From: Candidatus Fermentibacterota bacterium
GTDB lineage: Bacteria > Fermentibacterota > Fermentibacteria > Fermentibacterales > JCC-6
DNA length: 64,000 nucleotides
Assembly: GCA_963845085.1 (NCBI GenBank)
Contig: CAWJQI010000001.1
Coordinates: 320,001-384,000, forward strand
Reading direction: 5' to 3'
Made by a program: the position numbers and the translations under genes
The notes under the pieces: generated by a model
The model's database searches: none
What the model was told of the DNA's origin: nothing
The model's input: only the letters and a program-made list of their open reading frames with translations
In this document: positions 1-8,488 of the stretch, in pieces
How the letters are laid out: each line of letters starts with the position of its first letter
How positions within the stretch are numbered: the first letter of the stretch is position 1

Positions 1-320
1 GAAACCCCCGGGCCTGCAAAAAGTGTAAGCCCGGTGAAGGGATCGAAGCCGGCCACGGGGAAAACCCATCCCACGAAAGCCTTCAGGTCGCCGTCCCAGC
101 CCCGGCCTCCCTGCTTCTGGAAGTAACCTCCGCCAAGCAGGAGATCAACCGGACCCGGCGATGAGAGCGTGATTTCCCCGCCCAGGGAAAGCCCCGGCGT
201 CAGGAAACGCTGCTGATAGAAATCCTCGAACGGGTCGAGGCTGCCGACCATGGGTCCGACTTCCAACTCGAGGCCGCCCGGAAGCCCGGAAAGAAGGATG
301 ATCACCGCAAGGCAGCTCAT
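1..320 (-). CDS. Putative outer-membrane beta-barrel protein, 3' end outside window
   Basis: Manual translation from ATG at 320 (GGAGG upstream): MSCLAVIILLSGLPGGLELEVGP...LSLGGEITLS...LLLGGGYFQK...LTLFAGPGV. Hydrophobic N-terminus, alternating Gly/aromatic beta-strands, open to the window edge; not in the ORF track. Confidence 0.5.
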   Translation of the reverse strand, partial: MSCLAVIILLSGLPGGLELEVGPMVGSLDPFEDFYQQRFLTPGLSLGGEITLSSPGPVDLLLGGGYFQKQGGRGWDGDLKAFVGWVFPVAGFDPFTGLTLFAGPGV

Positions 321-362
321 CGATGGTTCCTCCGGGTTGAATTGACCCTGTCCCTGAACAAA

Positions 363-1598
363 TCAGACCTCCCTCGGGTCCGTGATAATTCCTGTCACAG
401 CCGTTGCAGCGGCGGTTTCCGGGCCGGCGATGTAAATCTCGGCACCGCTTTCACCCGTGGTTCCCGGCCCGTCGATCCCCGCAGTTGAGAGACACCTCTC
501 TCCCGGTGCCGGAACGCATCTGCCGCGGAACAAACCTCCCCCGGGAGGAAGCACGACCGCCCCCGCCACAACAAGCTCCTCCAACAAACCATTCCTGAGC
601 GCCTTGAGATACACCTGCCTCGAAGCCGGGCAGACAATGAAGCGAACCCCCGGCGCGACCTTCCTTCCCTTCATCACGGCGACAGCCGCCTCAATGTCTT
701 CCGTCCTGCCGTTTACGCAGGTTCCCAGATAGACGACATCCACGGGCTCATGCGGAAGGTCCCTCACGGGAACGACGATATGATCGGGCCCCGGAAGTGC
801 GGTCATGGGCGGGATCGAATCTAGATCGAAGGCGGCCACCCCGTCGAAGACGGCATCGGAGTCGCTCCAGAGTGCATTTCTGCAGACTTCGTGGGAGCAG
901 AAAAAGCCTTCCGTGAGGCCGTCGGCCGGAAAGACCGACACGACAGCGCCCAGTTCGGCGCCCATGGCGGAAAGGGTCATGCGTTCGTACATCCTGAGGC
1001 CGCTGATGGCGCTACCGTGAAACTCCACTGCCTTCCCCCCGGAATCAACGGCGCTTCCCATGATTGCAAGGGCAAGGTCCTTGGCGCCGACCCGCTCACG
1101 GAAACCTCCCGAAAGACGGATGTCGATGGTCGCGGGAACCCTGACGTCTGCCGAACCTTCCTTCCAGATCATGGCGGCGCCGGCCGCTCCGACAGTGAAG
1201 GCATAGCAGTTGAACGCTCCGTAGGTGCAGGTGCGGCGATCAGTGCCGGCGATGATGCTGCCCGGAAAAACATGAGCGCTCTCCGAAAGAACCTGGTTGC
1301 ATGAGCCAGATCCGGGTTCGAAAAACCTCGAAATCCCCCTTGCGGCTGCGAATGAGCGGATCGCCTTCTGGTCGATGGCTTCGGCAACTACAGGCGGAAA
1401 ATCACCGTCAAGCACCACAAGGAGCCTGTCCGGGTGCAGAACATCGCTTCCGGGGCTGGCATCGGTAAAAACTCCGAGGACCTCGCCGGTGTCACCGCCG
1501 GTCAGAACCAGATCGGGAGCAACCCTGACCTCGTCCCCCTCGGTAACAGCGTGGCCCGCAGCCCTGCCCAGTATCTTCCGGGCGAAGGTTTCCCCCAT
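363..1598 (-). CDS. Aconitase-family / isopropylmalate dehydratase large-subunit homolog with degenerate active site
   Basis: MGETFARKIL start with AGAGGA RBS. AKDLAL, ERMTLSAMGAELGA, YLGTCVNGR, PASRQVY and TGIITDPR match the LeuC/HacA scaffold, but catalytic motifs are altered (see findings). Confidence 0.85.
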   Translation of the reverse strand: MGETFARKILGRAAGHAVTEGDEVRVAPDLVLTGGDTGEVLGVFTDASPGSDVLHPDRLLVVLDGDFPPVVAEAIDQKAIRSFAAARGISRFFEPGSGSCNQVLSESAHVFPGSIIAGTDRRTCTYGAFNCYAFTVGAAGAAMIWKEGSADVRVPATIDIRLSGGFRERVGAKDLALAIMGSAVDSGGKAVEFHGSAISGLRMYERMTLSAMGAELGAVVSVFPADGLTEGFFCSHEVCRNALWSDSDAVFDGVAAFDLDSIPPMTALPGPDHIVVPVRDLPHEPVDVVYLGTCVNGRTEDIEAAVAVMKGRKVAPGVRFIVCPASRQVYLKALRNGLLEELVVAGAVVLPPGGGLFRGRCVPAPGERCLSTAGIDGPGTTGESGAEIYIAGPETAAATAVTGIITDPREV

Positions 1599-1668
1599 TG
1601 TTTCCTCTCTGAACCGGCAACTCAACATGGATAGTATGAAGCCGTGCGAAGGTTCCTCGCAAGGCGCG

Positions 1669-2349
1669 CTAACGGGGAGCGGACCCCTCCCATGAGGGCA
1701 GTTCCGACATGCCCCTCGGTGAAAGCGAGTAGACGCCCCTCGATGCCCTATCGAACCAGCCGTAAACGTTGCGGTACAGGATGGCTCTCGCATCGGGCAG
1801 ACAGAGTTCCCTTGCAACGTCGGACGCCTTCGAAGGCCCCTGCGAGCGGAGATGAACGGCAACTGCAACGGCCTTCCCGCGGTAGAACGTCATCAGACCC
1901 CTCTTTCTGCCGCACCCTCCGGGGTTCGGGTCGCCTGTCAGTGAGGCGTGTTCACGCAGCAGCATGCCCTTCCGAGCCCTGTTGCTCCTGGGCCTGTACT
2001 CGCCGGGGTCGAGTTCGGCCTGCACCGCGGCCCTTGCCGGATCGACGAGCAGAAGCCCGACGCCAAGCATCCGAAGGAGCCTGCGGAGCCCTCTGCCCTC
2101 GGTCTTCAAGGTGCGGCAGTCATGCGGCACCGCAATGTAGACGGCATCGGCGGTGCCCACCCGGTCAACCGCCTGAAGCAGAAGACGGACGTTGAGAGTG
2201 AGTTTCATCTCGACCGCAACCATCATGCCTTCACGTACGCCAACCACGTCGCAGGGTCCCACCTCCCCCCTGACGGAATAGCCCTGGGATTCAAGGAACC
2301 CCTTTACGGGGGGGTAGAGATCGGTTTCCTTCACAGGCTTTCCAGCCAT
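1669..2349 (-). CDS. DUF2161 family putative PD-(D/E)XK phosphodiesterase
   Basis: KETDLYPPVKGFLESQGYSVRGEV..CDVVG, VEMK...LLLQAVDR, GDPNPGG and ILYRNVYGWFDR..RGVY are typical of the family. Confidence 0.8.
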   Translation of the reverse strand: MAGKPVKETDLYPPVKGFLESQGYSVRGEVGPCDVVGVREGMMVAVEMKLTLNVRLLLQAVDRVGTADAVYIAVPHDCRTLKTEGRGLRRLLRMLGVGLLLVDPARAAVQAELDPGEYRPRSNRARKGMLLREHASLTGDPNPGGCGRKRGLMTFYRGKAVAVAVHLRSQGPSKASDVARELCLPDARAILYRNVYGWFDRASRGVYSLSPRGMSELPSWEGSAPR

Positions 2350-3449
2350 GACCGGAGGTCGATGACCACGACACTGTCGGAGGATGTGACGCCGTAGAGC
2401 CTGTTGCCGTTCCCGATGACCATGTCGTCGATGGAATGCCCGGGCTGGAACGAACCGAGGTAAAGGCCATCCCCGTCAAAGACGAGCAGCCTGCCAAAAT
2501 CGCTCACCCACAGGTTTCCCTGGTCGTCCGCGGCGATTGCGGACGGCGAGACGAACTGACCCGGTCTGCTCCCGGCGCTTCCGAAACGCGTCACGAATAC
2601 CCCGTCATGCCCGAATTTGAAGACGCTTCCGTTGAAGCTGCCGTACGCGAAGATATTCCCCAGGCCGTCGACCGCAACGATCGTGTTCAGTTCGGGATCG
2701 CCCGTGCAGCCGCTTATTGCGCCCGAAAGCAGCAGGTCCACCGCGCTGTTCCCGTCGAACCGGATGATATCGTCCCTGTTTCTGTACCAGGATGCAACCA
2801 CCGTTCCGGAGGGACCCGCCGTCACATCATGGAAACCCCACCCCTCCGGATGCGCAAGGGTGTCGGAAGGGCCGCCCGATCCGTCGGATACGATGATGTG
2901 CCCCCCCGCTGCCAGGTACAGGGTGCCTTCCGGCGAGACAGCCATCGATGTGAGCGCTGCGGGATGTTCGAAGTTCAGCTGTCTCTCATAAACACCGGAG
3001 GAATCGAAGAGCTGGACCCGGCCCGTTTCCCGCTCGGCAACGTATATGTTTCCGCTGCCGTCGACCCCTATCTGTGAGGCATCGGTGAAAAGGCCCGGCC
3101 CCGTCCCCGAACCGCCGAACCCATGAAGGACCGTTGAAGGGGCGGCACCCGCGCCCTGTCGTTCAACAAGACCGTCCAGTTCATCGCGGGCCAGGCCGAC
3201 AAGCCGGAACGCGATCACAACGGCCCCGACCACAAGAATCAAAGCCAGCCCGACGACGAGCATGCAGGAGCGCCGAAGGAGCGGAGCGTTCACATTGACG
3301 ACGGCCGGAGAACCTTCCGGGCCTGGATCCTCTTCGGAAGGATCGTTTCCAGCCGTGATACAGTTTCCGCAGTATTCACAGGTCGCAAACCCGTCGCCGG
3401 GATCGACCCGGATCGATGCACCGCAGGACGTGCAACGCATTTCCCTCAT
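2331..3449 (-). CDS. Zinc-ribbon + transmembrane + NHL-repeat beta-propeller protein
   Basis: N-terminal CTSCGA...CEYCG, one TM helix, NHL repeats (FGGSGTGPGLF, VDGSGNIYVAE, FGSAGSRPGQF..PSAIA.D..GNLWVSD). Confidence 0.8.
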   Translation of the reverse strand: MREMRCTSCGASIRVDPGDGFATCEYCGNCITAGNDPSEEDPGPEGSPAVVNVNAPLLRRSCMLVVGLALILVVGAVVIAFRLVGLARDELDGLVERQGAGAAPSTVLHGFGGSGTGPGLFTDASQIGVDGSGNIYVAERETGRVQLFDSSGVYERQLNFEHPAALTSMAVSPEGTLYLAAGGHIIVSDGSGGPSDTLAHPEGWGFHDVTAGPSGTVVASWYRNRDDIIRFDGNSAVDLLLSGAISGCTGDPELNTIVAVDGLGNIFAYGSFNGSVFKFGHDGVFVTRFGSAGSRPGQFVSPSAIAADDQGNLWVSDFGRLLVFDGDGLYLGSFQPGHSIDDMVIGNGNRLYGVTSSDSVVVIDLRSWLESL

Positions 3450-3584
3450 GTCGCCGTTCTCCCTGGTGAATGGCCCGGTCCCTTTGCCTTCATTCGGGGG
3501 TATCCTATGCTCCCGGCCGGATAAAACAACCCTTGCCCCTGCCGGAACGATCCCCGGGATGTCGGCCCGGACCCACGAACGCAG

Positions 3585-4215
3585 CTATCCGTTCGCCGCA
3601 AACACACCCCAGAAAACGGGAACACACATGCTTCCCACGGCATCGCCATCACCGAGCTGCATCCTTGCGAACCCGGGGTCGGTCTCCTCTCGAAGCGGCT
3701 CCACGACCCCCCATTCGAGGGTCTTGTAACCTGCCTCCGAGAACACATCGGCAAGACGCGAGCCGAACAGCAGGGTCGAATCCCTCTTTTCCAAGCGAGG
3801 CAGCGATTGCTGCGACGGCGGGGTCATCCCCGGAGTAGGCGAACTCCCCGGCAACGGCATAGAAGCCGCTTCCACCGAGCGCCCTGCGGACTTTCTTGAG
3901 GTAGGCCACCGGATCGCCAAGCTGGTAGAGAAAGAACGAGCTGACATAGATGTCGGCGCTGGGGATAATGCGTGTGGCGTCGCCGGGAATGAAGACACAC
4001 CCCTGCGGGGGGGAGGTTCTTTCAACGCGGTCGATGCAGACAAGGCGGGCCGGGGTGAGGACGGAAAGCTCCCGGGCGACAAGAAAGCCGCCGCATCCCG
4101 GTTCCACGATGCACGCGGCCCTCCTCAGCGGGAGAAGCGAATAGATATGGCGCCGGGTGTCGGTCAGGTTGCGGAACTGCCTTTCAAGAAGGCTCGCCGG
4201 CGTTCCGGGGCTCAT
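3585..4215 (-). pseudogene. Class I SAM-dependent methyltransferase, frameshifted near 3772
   Basis: ORF 3649-4215 has VEPGCG, CIDR, GDAT. After GFDP the plausible protein continues in the 3585-4082 frame (LFGSRLADVFSEAGY...VPVFWGVF). One extra base at 3771-3772; may be a sequencing error. Confidence 0.7.
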
Positions 4216-4493
4216 TCCCTGATGTGTTCCAGACCGAGCAGAAGAAGCTGCCGCACATGATCGTCGGCGAGGCTGTAGTGGATGTGCCTGCCCTCCCTGC
4301 GTCTGCTTACAAGCCCGGAGAGCCGCAGCTTCTTCATCTGGTGGGATACGGCCGAAACCGAAAGCCCCATCTCCACGGCCAGTTCACAGACGCACCTGCT
4401 GCGAACGTTGAGGTGGAGGAGGATGGAAAGGCGCGTCGGATCGGAGGCCTGGAAGAAAAGGTCCCCCATGGATTCGATCTCGCCCGGAGTCAC
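4212..4493 (-). CDS. ArsR/SmtB family metal-sensing repressor
   Basis: SDPTRLSIL, CVCELA, SVSAVSHQMKKLR, RREG..IHYSLADDHV...LEH (alpha5 D-H...H-type site). GTG start at 4493 is inferred. Confidence 0.9.
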   Translation of the reverse strand: MTPGEIESMGDLFFQASDPTRLSILLHLNVRSRCVCELAVEMGLSVSAVSHQMKKLRLSGLVSRRREGRHIHYSLADDHVRQLLLLGLEHIRE

Positions 4494-4497
4494 CCCT

Positions 4498-5745
4498 TCA
4501 GGTGTTGCAGCCACAACCGCCCCCGCGCAGGCCGGCCTCATACCCGCTCTCGCGGACCGCTGCCAGGGCTGCACAGGCGTTGAAGCCGTCGCCAACCTCC
4601 ATCACCGCCGTGCCGGTGTTCAGTGTGACCGTCACGGCATGAACGCCCGCGAGGCTCTCGAGAGCCTTCGTGACATGCCTGACGCAGTTGCCGCAGGTCA
4701 TGCCCTTCACGTCCAGCGTTACACTTGCATTTCCCGTGCGTGCAGCCATTTGTCGAACCCTCCCCTTCAGCCGGTTGAATGCGTGATATCCGATCGCAGC
4801 AAAGAGCAACCCTGCCGAAACATCCTTCCAGAGGGGCACCTGGTCTGTGTGAGAGATGCCGGGCAGTGCCGCCGCCGGAATGGAAATGTTGTTCAGAAGC
4901 AGCCCCGAAAGCATGCTCACCACTACGAGTGTGACAAGATAACTTGCGAACGCGTTCTTTCCCAGTGTTTTTCTTACCGCGCCCATCGTGGCGGCATTGG
5001 TGGCCGGGCCGGCCATGAGAAATACAAGGGCGGCGCCGACAGGAAAGCCGGCATACACCATGGCTGCGGCCACAGGTACTGAAGCGACCGAGCAGACGTA
5101 CAGCGGAATCCCCACGAGCAGGGCGGCGAGGAGGCCAAGCGGTCCGTCCAGAAAAGGGTTCCCGGCAAGGCTTCCGGGGGAAACGAACGTGATCAGAAGC
5201 GCGCTCACGACAACACCTATCAAAAGCCAGCCCCAGATGTCACCCATGATGGAGTGGAACGCATACCGGAACACCCGCGCAGGAACGGTTCCCCTCTCCA
5301 CATCCGCGCATTCCTGCCGAAAAGCAAGACGAGGTTCGTCATTTTTTGCGTGATCAACGATGGTTCCGCTGACAACCCCCGCCACGAGGGCCGCAACCAT
5401 CTTCGCGAGTGCGACAGGCCAGCCCAGCATCCCCCAGGTTGCCGCTATCGAATCGACACCCGTCTGCGGCGTGCTGGCAAGGAAAGCAACGGTTGCGCCC
5501 CTGCTGGCTCCGTCCTTGCGAAGCGCGAGGGCGGCGGGCAGAACCCCGCATGAGCACAGCGGAAGGGGCACTCCCAGCGCGGCAGCCTTGAGGGTGCTTG
5601 CGAACCCGGGCCTGCCGATGTGCCGCAGAATGTTCTCACGCCTTACGAAAACATGCAGAAGGCCCGCAACGAACAAACCAAGAAACAGCGAGGGTGCAAG
5701 GTCCACCGCGGTGGTCCAGAGGTGTGAGAGAAACGTGGCGAGCAT
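4498..5745 (-). CDS. SO_0444/ArsP-type (DUF318) metal permease with C-terminal HMA domain
   Basis: PLPLCSCGVLP, STPQTGVDS, PLYVCS, FLMAGPATN motifs; C-terminal GMTCGNC HMA domain. Confidence 0.9.
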   Translation of the reverse strand: MLATFLSHLWTTAVDLAPSLFLGLFVAGLLHVFVRRENILRHIGRPGFASTLKAAALGVPLPLCSCGVLPAALALRKDGASRGATVAFLASTPQTGVDSIAATWGMLGWPVALAKMVAALVAGVVSGTIVDHAKNDEPRLAFRQECADVERGTVPARVFRYAFHSIMGDIWGWLLIGVVVSALLITFVSPGSLAGNPFLDGPLGLLAALLVGIPLYVCSVASVPVAAAMVYAGFPVGAALVFLMAGPATNAATMGAVRKTLGKNAFASYLVTLVVVSMLSGLLLNNISIPAAALPGISHTDQVPLWKDVSAGLLFAAIGYHAFNRLKGRVRQMAARTGNASVTLDVKGMTCGNCVRHVTKALESLAGVHAVTVTLNTGTAVMEVGDGFNACAALAAVRESGYEAGLRGGGCGCNT

Positions 5746-5760
5746 ATGCCCTTTCTATTG

Positions 5761-5807
5761 TTGAGCAACTGTGCAAGTATTATATGCCGGAATCCCGTCA
5801 AAGGCAA
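5761..5807 (-). promoter_or_regulatory. Sigma70 promoter with SmtB/ArsR-type operator
   Basis: Minus strand TTGCCT-N17-TATAAT (5807-5779), followed by imperfect inverted repeat TTGCACA-GT-TGCTCAA (5776-5761) just upstream of the permease-ArsR pair. Confidence 0.75.
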
Positions 5808-5812
5808 GCCCG

Positions 5813-6778
5813 TCAGAAACCGAGCATCGATTCGATGGAGGGCAGGTTTGTGAACTGTGTGGCGGCGAAAACTCCGTAGAACGCGAGAAGCCCGAGCGCC
5901 TCGATCCTGTTCAGCTTCATGCCGCTGGTCACGAAAAGCTGTATCACAACGGCTGCGAGAACAAGCAACGGCATGGCGAAGGCCGTAAGCCCATGGGATA
6001 CCGGGATGGGTGCGATCAGGCAGCACACGCCCAGGACCACGAGCTGGGTGAAAATGTTTGAGGCGTACACCTCGCCGATCGTGATGTCCGCCTTTCTCTT
6101 CATCGTTGCGGACAGGCTGATGGCGAGTTCGGGCAGGCTCGTGCCGAAGGCGAAGACCACAACGCCCAGCGCGACTGCGGGAATTCCGGCGATTCTTCCC
6201 AGTTCGGTCCCCGAATCGAGGGCGACCTTCGAGCCGCCGATCACCGCAGCAATGCCGAGAAGCGTGAACAGCACGGCAACAGGCACGCGCAGCCTGCCCG
6301 GGGCGGCAGGCTCTTCGGAGACCTCGACGCCCTCGCGGGCGGACCGCAGAACGCTGAGGATGTACGGAACGTACATCACGATCAGAATGAGCCCGTCCGA
6401 GCGGCTGAGCCTTCCGTCCATCGCAAGAATGAGCACGAGGGCTGAACTGAGGATCATCCAGCTCGATTCGCGCGACTGCACCTCCCGGTGGATGTCGATG
6501 GGCCTGATCAGGGCGCATACGGCGGTAACGAACGTCAGCGTGACGAAATTTGAGCCTATCACGTTTCCCACCGAAATGTCGCCGGCGCCGCGGATTATCG
6601 CAAGGGCCGACACCGTGAGTTCGGGCATGCTGGATAGAACGCTGACACCCACGATGGTAACGACAAGTTCCTTGACTCCCATCGCCCTCGCGATGGGACC
6701 GATGCTTCTGATGATGACCTCGGAACCGCCCCAGAGCAGCCCGATGCCAAGCACCAGCAGAACTATGGATTCGGTCAG
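5813..6778 (-). CDS. Calcium/sodium antiporter (CaCA, YrbG-like)
   Basis: Two alpha repeats SSMPEL..S / GNVIGSN and GTSLPEL..S / GEVYASN. Start is uncertain: CTG at 6778 (preferred) or GTG at 6754. Confidence 0.9.
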   Translation of the reverse strand: MTESIVLLVLGIGLLWGGSEVIIRSIGPIARAMGVKELVVTIVGVSVLSSMPELTVSALAIIRGAGDISVGNVIGSNFVTLTFVTAVCALIRPIDIHREVQSRESSWMILSSALVLILAMDGRLSRSDGLILIVMYVPYILSVLRSAREGVEVSEEPAAPGRLRVPVAVLFTLLGIAAVIGGSKVALDSGTELGRIAGIPAVALGVVVFAFGTSLPELAISLSATMKRKADITIGEVYASNIFTQLVVLGVCCLIAPIPVSHGLTAFAMPLLVLAAVVIQLFVTSGMKLNRIEALGLLAFYGVFAATQFTNLPSIESMLGF

Positions 6779-6847
6779 AACAAACCCCCCGCGGTATGAC
6801 GTTGAACCGTGACGCGATGCAGACAGCTGCCCCGCGACCGGGAAAGG

Positions 6848-8488
6848 TCAGGCATTTTCACGCAGACGGCCGAGCCTGAGTCTCAAATCCCTGATGTGCG
6901 TTTCCAGGTCGCGCATGAAGATGTCGTCTTCGGCGGGCGGCCTTACCCCGGCGTAGTCTTCGATCACCGATCGACCCCGTACGAGGTCCTTTTCCCGTGA
7001 TCCCGACACCCCGCTCAAGAGAACTTCGAGTATTTCGTCGAGCCTTTCTGCCGGCCCGCTTTCAAGCCCGCCCGAAGTCAGCCTTGAAAAGAGGTCGGCG
7101 CCTTCAAGAAGCGTTTCGTAGGCCTCTATCCCCCCCAGCCTGTCCTCTTCAAGGATGAAGTTCTTCCCCCTGCCCGGCATCTCCCCGCACGAGTGATTCG
7201 CAAGCCTTTCCAGGGCACTGCGTGTCAATCCGACAACTTCGTCCGACAGGATCGAGGTGTCGACCACGGTATGCATCGCCCTGGACCGGTTTCTGTACTT
7301 CCAGGCGTTGCGGACCAGGGCGTAAAGATTCTCGCGGATCATCCAGCCGGGGATGAGCCGGTTGTACCCTTCCGGCACCCCGTCGGGCCTTACTGCCGGC
7401 TGGCAGATCAGGGAAAAGGGAAAGGCGACCCTCTGCGGCAGCGCGACAAGCCCGGTGGCGAGAATCGAATGCGGGCTGCCCGAGTAATCGGCGGGAAACT
7501 TGATCGATGTTCCGAGGCCGATGAAAAAACCCTCCCCCATCCTCAGTTCCTGGTCGGGCAGCCGCGAGGTGTGGTTGCTGCCCGCATTCGCCCCGTACCC
7601 GACATTTCCCTTGCCTCCGGGCCATAGCGTTGCAATGAGAAGCGACTGGTGATGCATGCCGGTCAGGGGGCCCACAAGCGAGGCCGTCATTTCGCCCCCG
7701 CCGAGAACACTGTCCGCCCCGAGGAACGAGCCGGCCAGCATCCCGTGCCTCTCGACGACGGAACCCTCGCCGACGATGGAATCCGTCACGAGTGCCATCG
7801 TGTCCGCCCTCGCCCGCCACTGAAGAACGCCGGAATGAAGCTGGGCGCCGTTTCCCGCGTAAGCCCCGGGCAGGAGTACGCTGCCGCGCACCGGACCCGG
7901 GCAATCGAGCACCGAGCCCTGCATGATGATGGTGTTCTCGACCAGTATTGCGTTTTTTACCGTGGCATCGGGGCCGATGGTCCCGCAAACCGGGAAGGCC
8001 GAAGCCTTTCCCGCCGCAGCGAGCGCTTCCGCCCTTCCGCCTGCAGTGGCCATTCGGAAGGCATCGGAATGGCTCATGGTGGGCAGTATTGGAACACTCC
8101 TCAGACCTGTCTCCTCGCCAAGCTGCATCATCGACGCCAGGGCGGAGGGTGGCCCGCTCCAGCAGAGAGTTCCGCAGTGTTCGAGAACCGAGCCGCCAAG
8201 CACGGCGTATCCGCTTAACAGCCCGCAGTGCCTGATGACGGCAGGCCCTTCGATCGTGCAGCCGGAGAGCACCGAGTGAGTGATCTCGCCCTCTTTCAGG
8301 TGGACCTTCACGTCACCCCTGAAGACGGTGTCTCTAATCAGTGAAGGGTCGGTCGAGGCGGAAAAGCACACCCGGCTCCAGTCCGCGGACGAGTTGCCGC
8401 CCTCGATGAGGATCGACTTTGTCTCGCTGTCAACGGGACTTGAGGCAAAATCAGGCATTCCCCTTAGCAGGGCGGCGAACCGTTCCAT
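6848..8488 (-). CDS. DUF4954-like protein with left-handed beta-helix (GlmU-like) region
   Basis: Hexapeptide-like repeats; GPLTGMHHQSLLIA.LWP.GKGNVGYGAN.GSNHTSR.PDQE motif; ATG overlaps the pepD stop (TGATG). Confidence 0.7.
   Translation of the reverse strand: MERFAALLRGMPDFASSPVDSETKSILIEGGNSSADWSRVCFSASTDPSLIRDTVFRGDVKVHLKEGEITHSVLSGCTIEGPAVIRHCGLLSGYAVLGGSVLEHCGTLCWSGPPSALASMMQLGEETGLRSVPILPTMSHSDAFRMATAGGRAEALAAAGKASAFPVCGTIGPDATVKNAILVENTIIMQGSVLDCPGPVRGSVLLPGAYAGNGAQLHSGVLQWRARADTMALVTDSIVGEGSVVERHGMLAGSFLGADSVLGGGEMTASLVGPLTGMHHQSLLIATLWPGGKGNVGYGANAGSNHTSRLPDQELRMGEGFFIGLGTSIKFPADYSGSPHSILATGLVALPQRVAFPFSLICQPAVRPDGVPEGYNRLIPGWMIRENLYALVRNAWKYRNRSRAMHTVVDTSILSDEVVGLTRSALERLANHSCGEMPGRGKNFILEEDRLGGIEAYETLLEGADLFSRLTSGGLESGPAERLDEILEVLLSGVSGSREKDLVRGRSVIEDYAGVRPPAEDDIFMRDLETHIRDLRLRLGRLRENA

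Noticed and set aside
6815..6850. Selenocysteine TGA with SECIS-like hairpin
   Set aside because: The TGA lies at a natural protein end in a non-redox context; short GC hairpins arise easily by chance.
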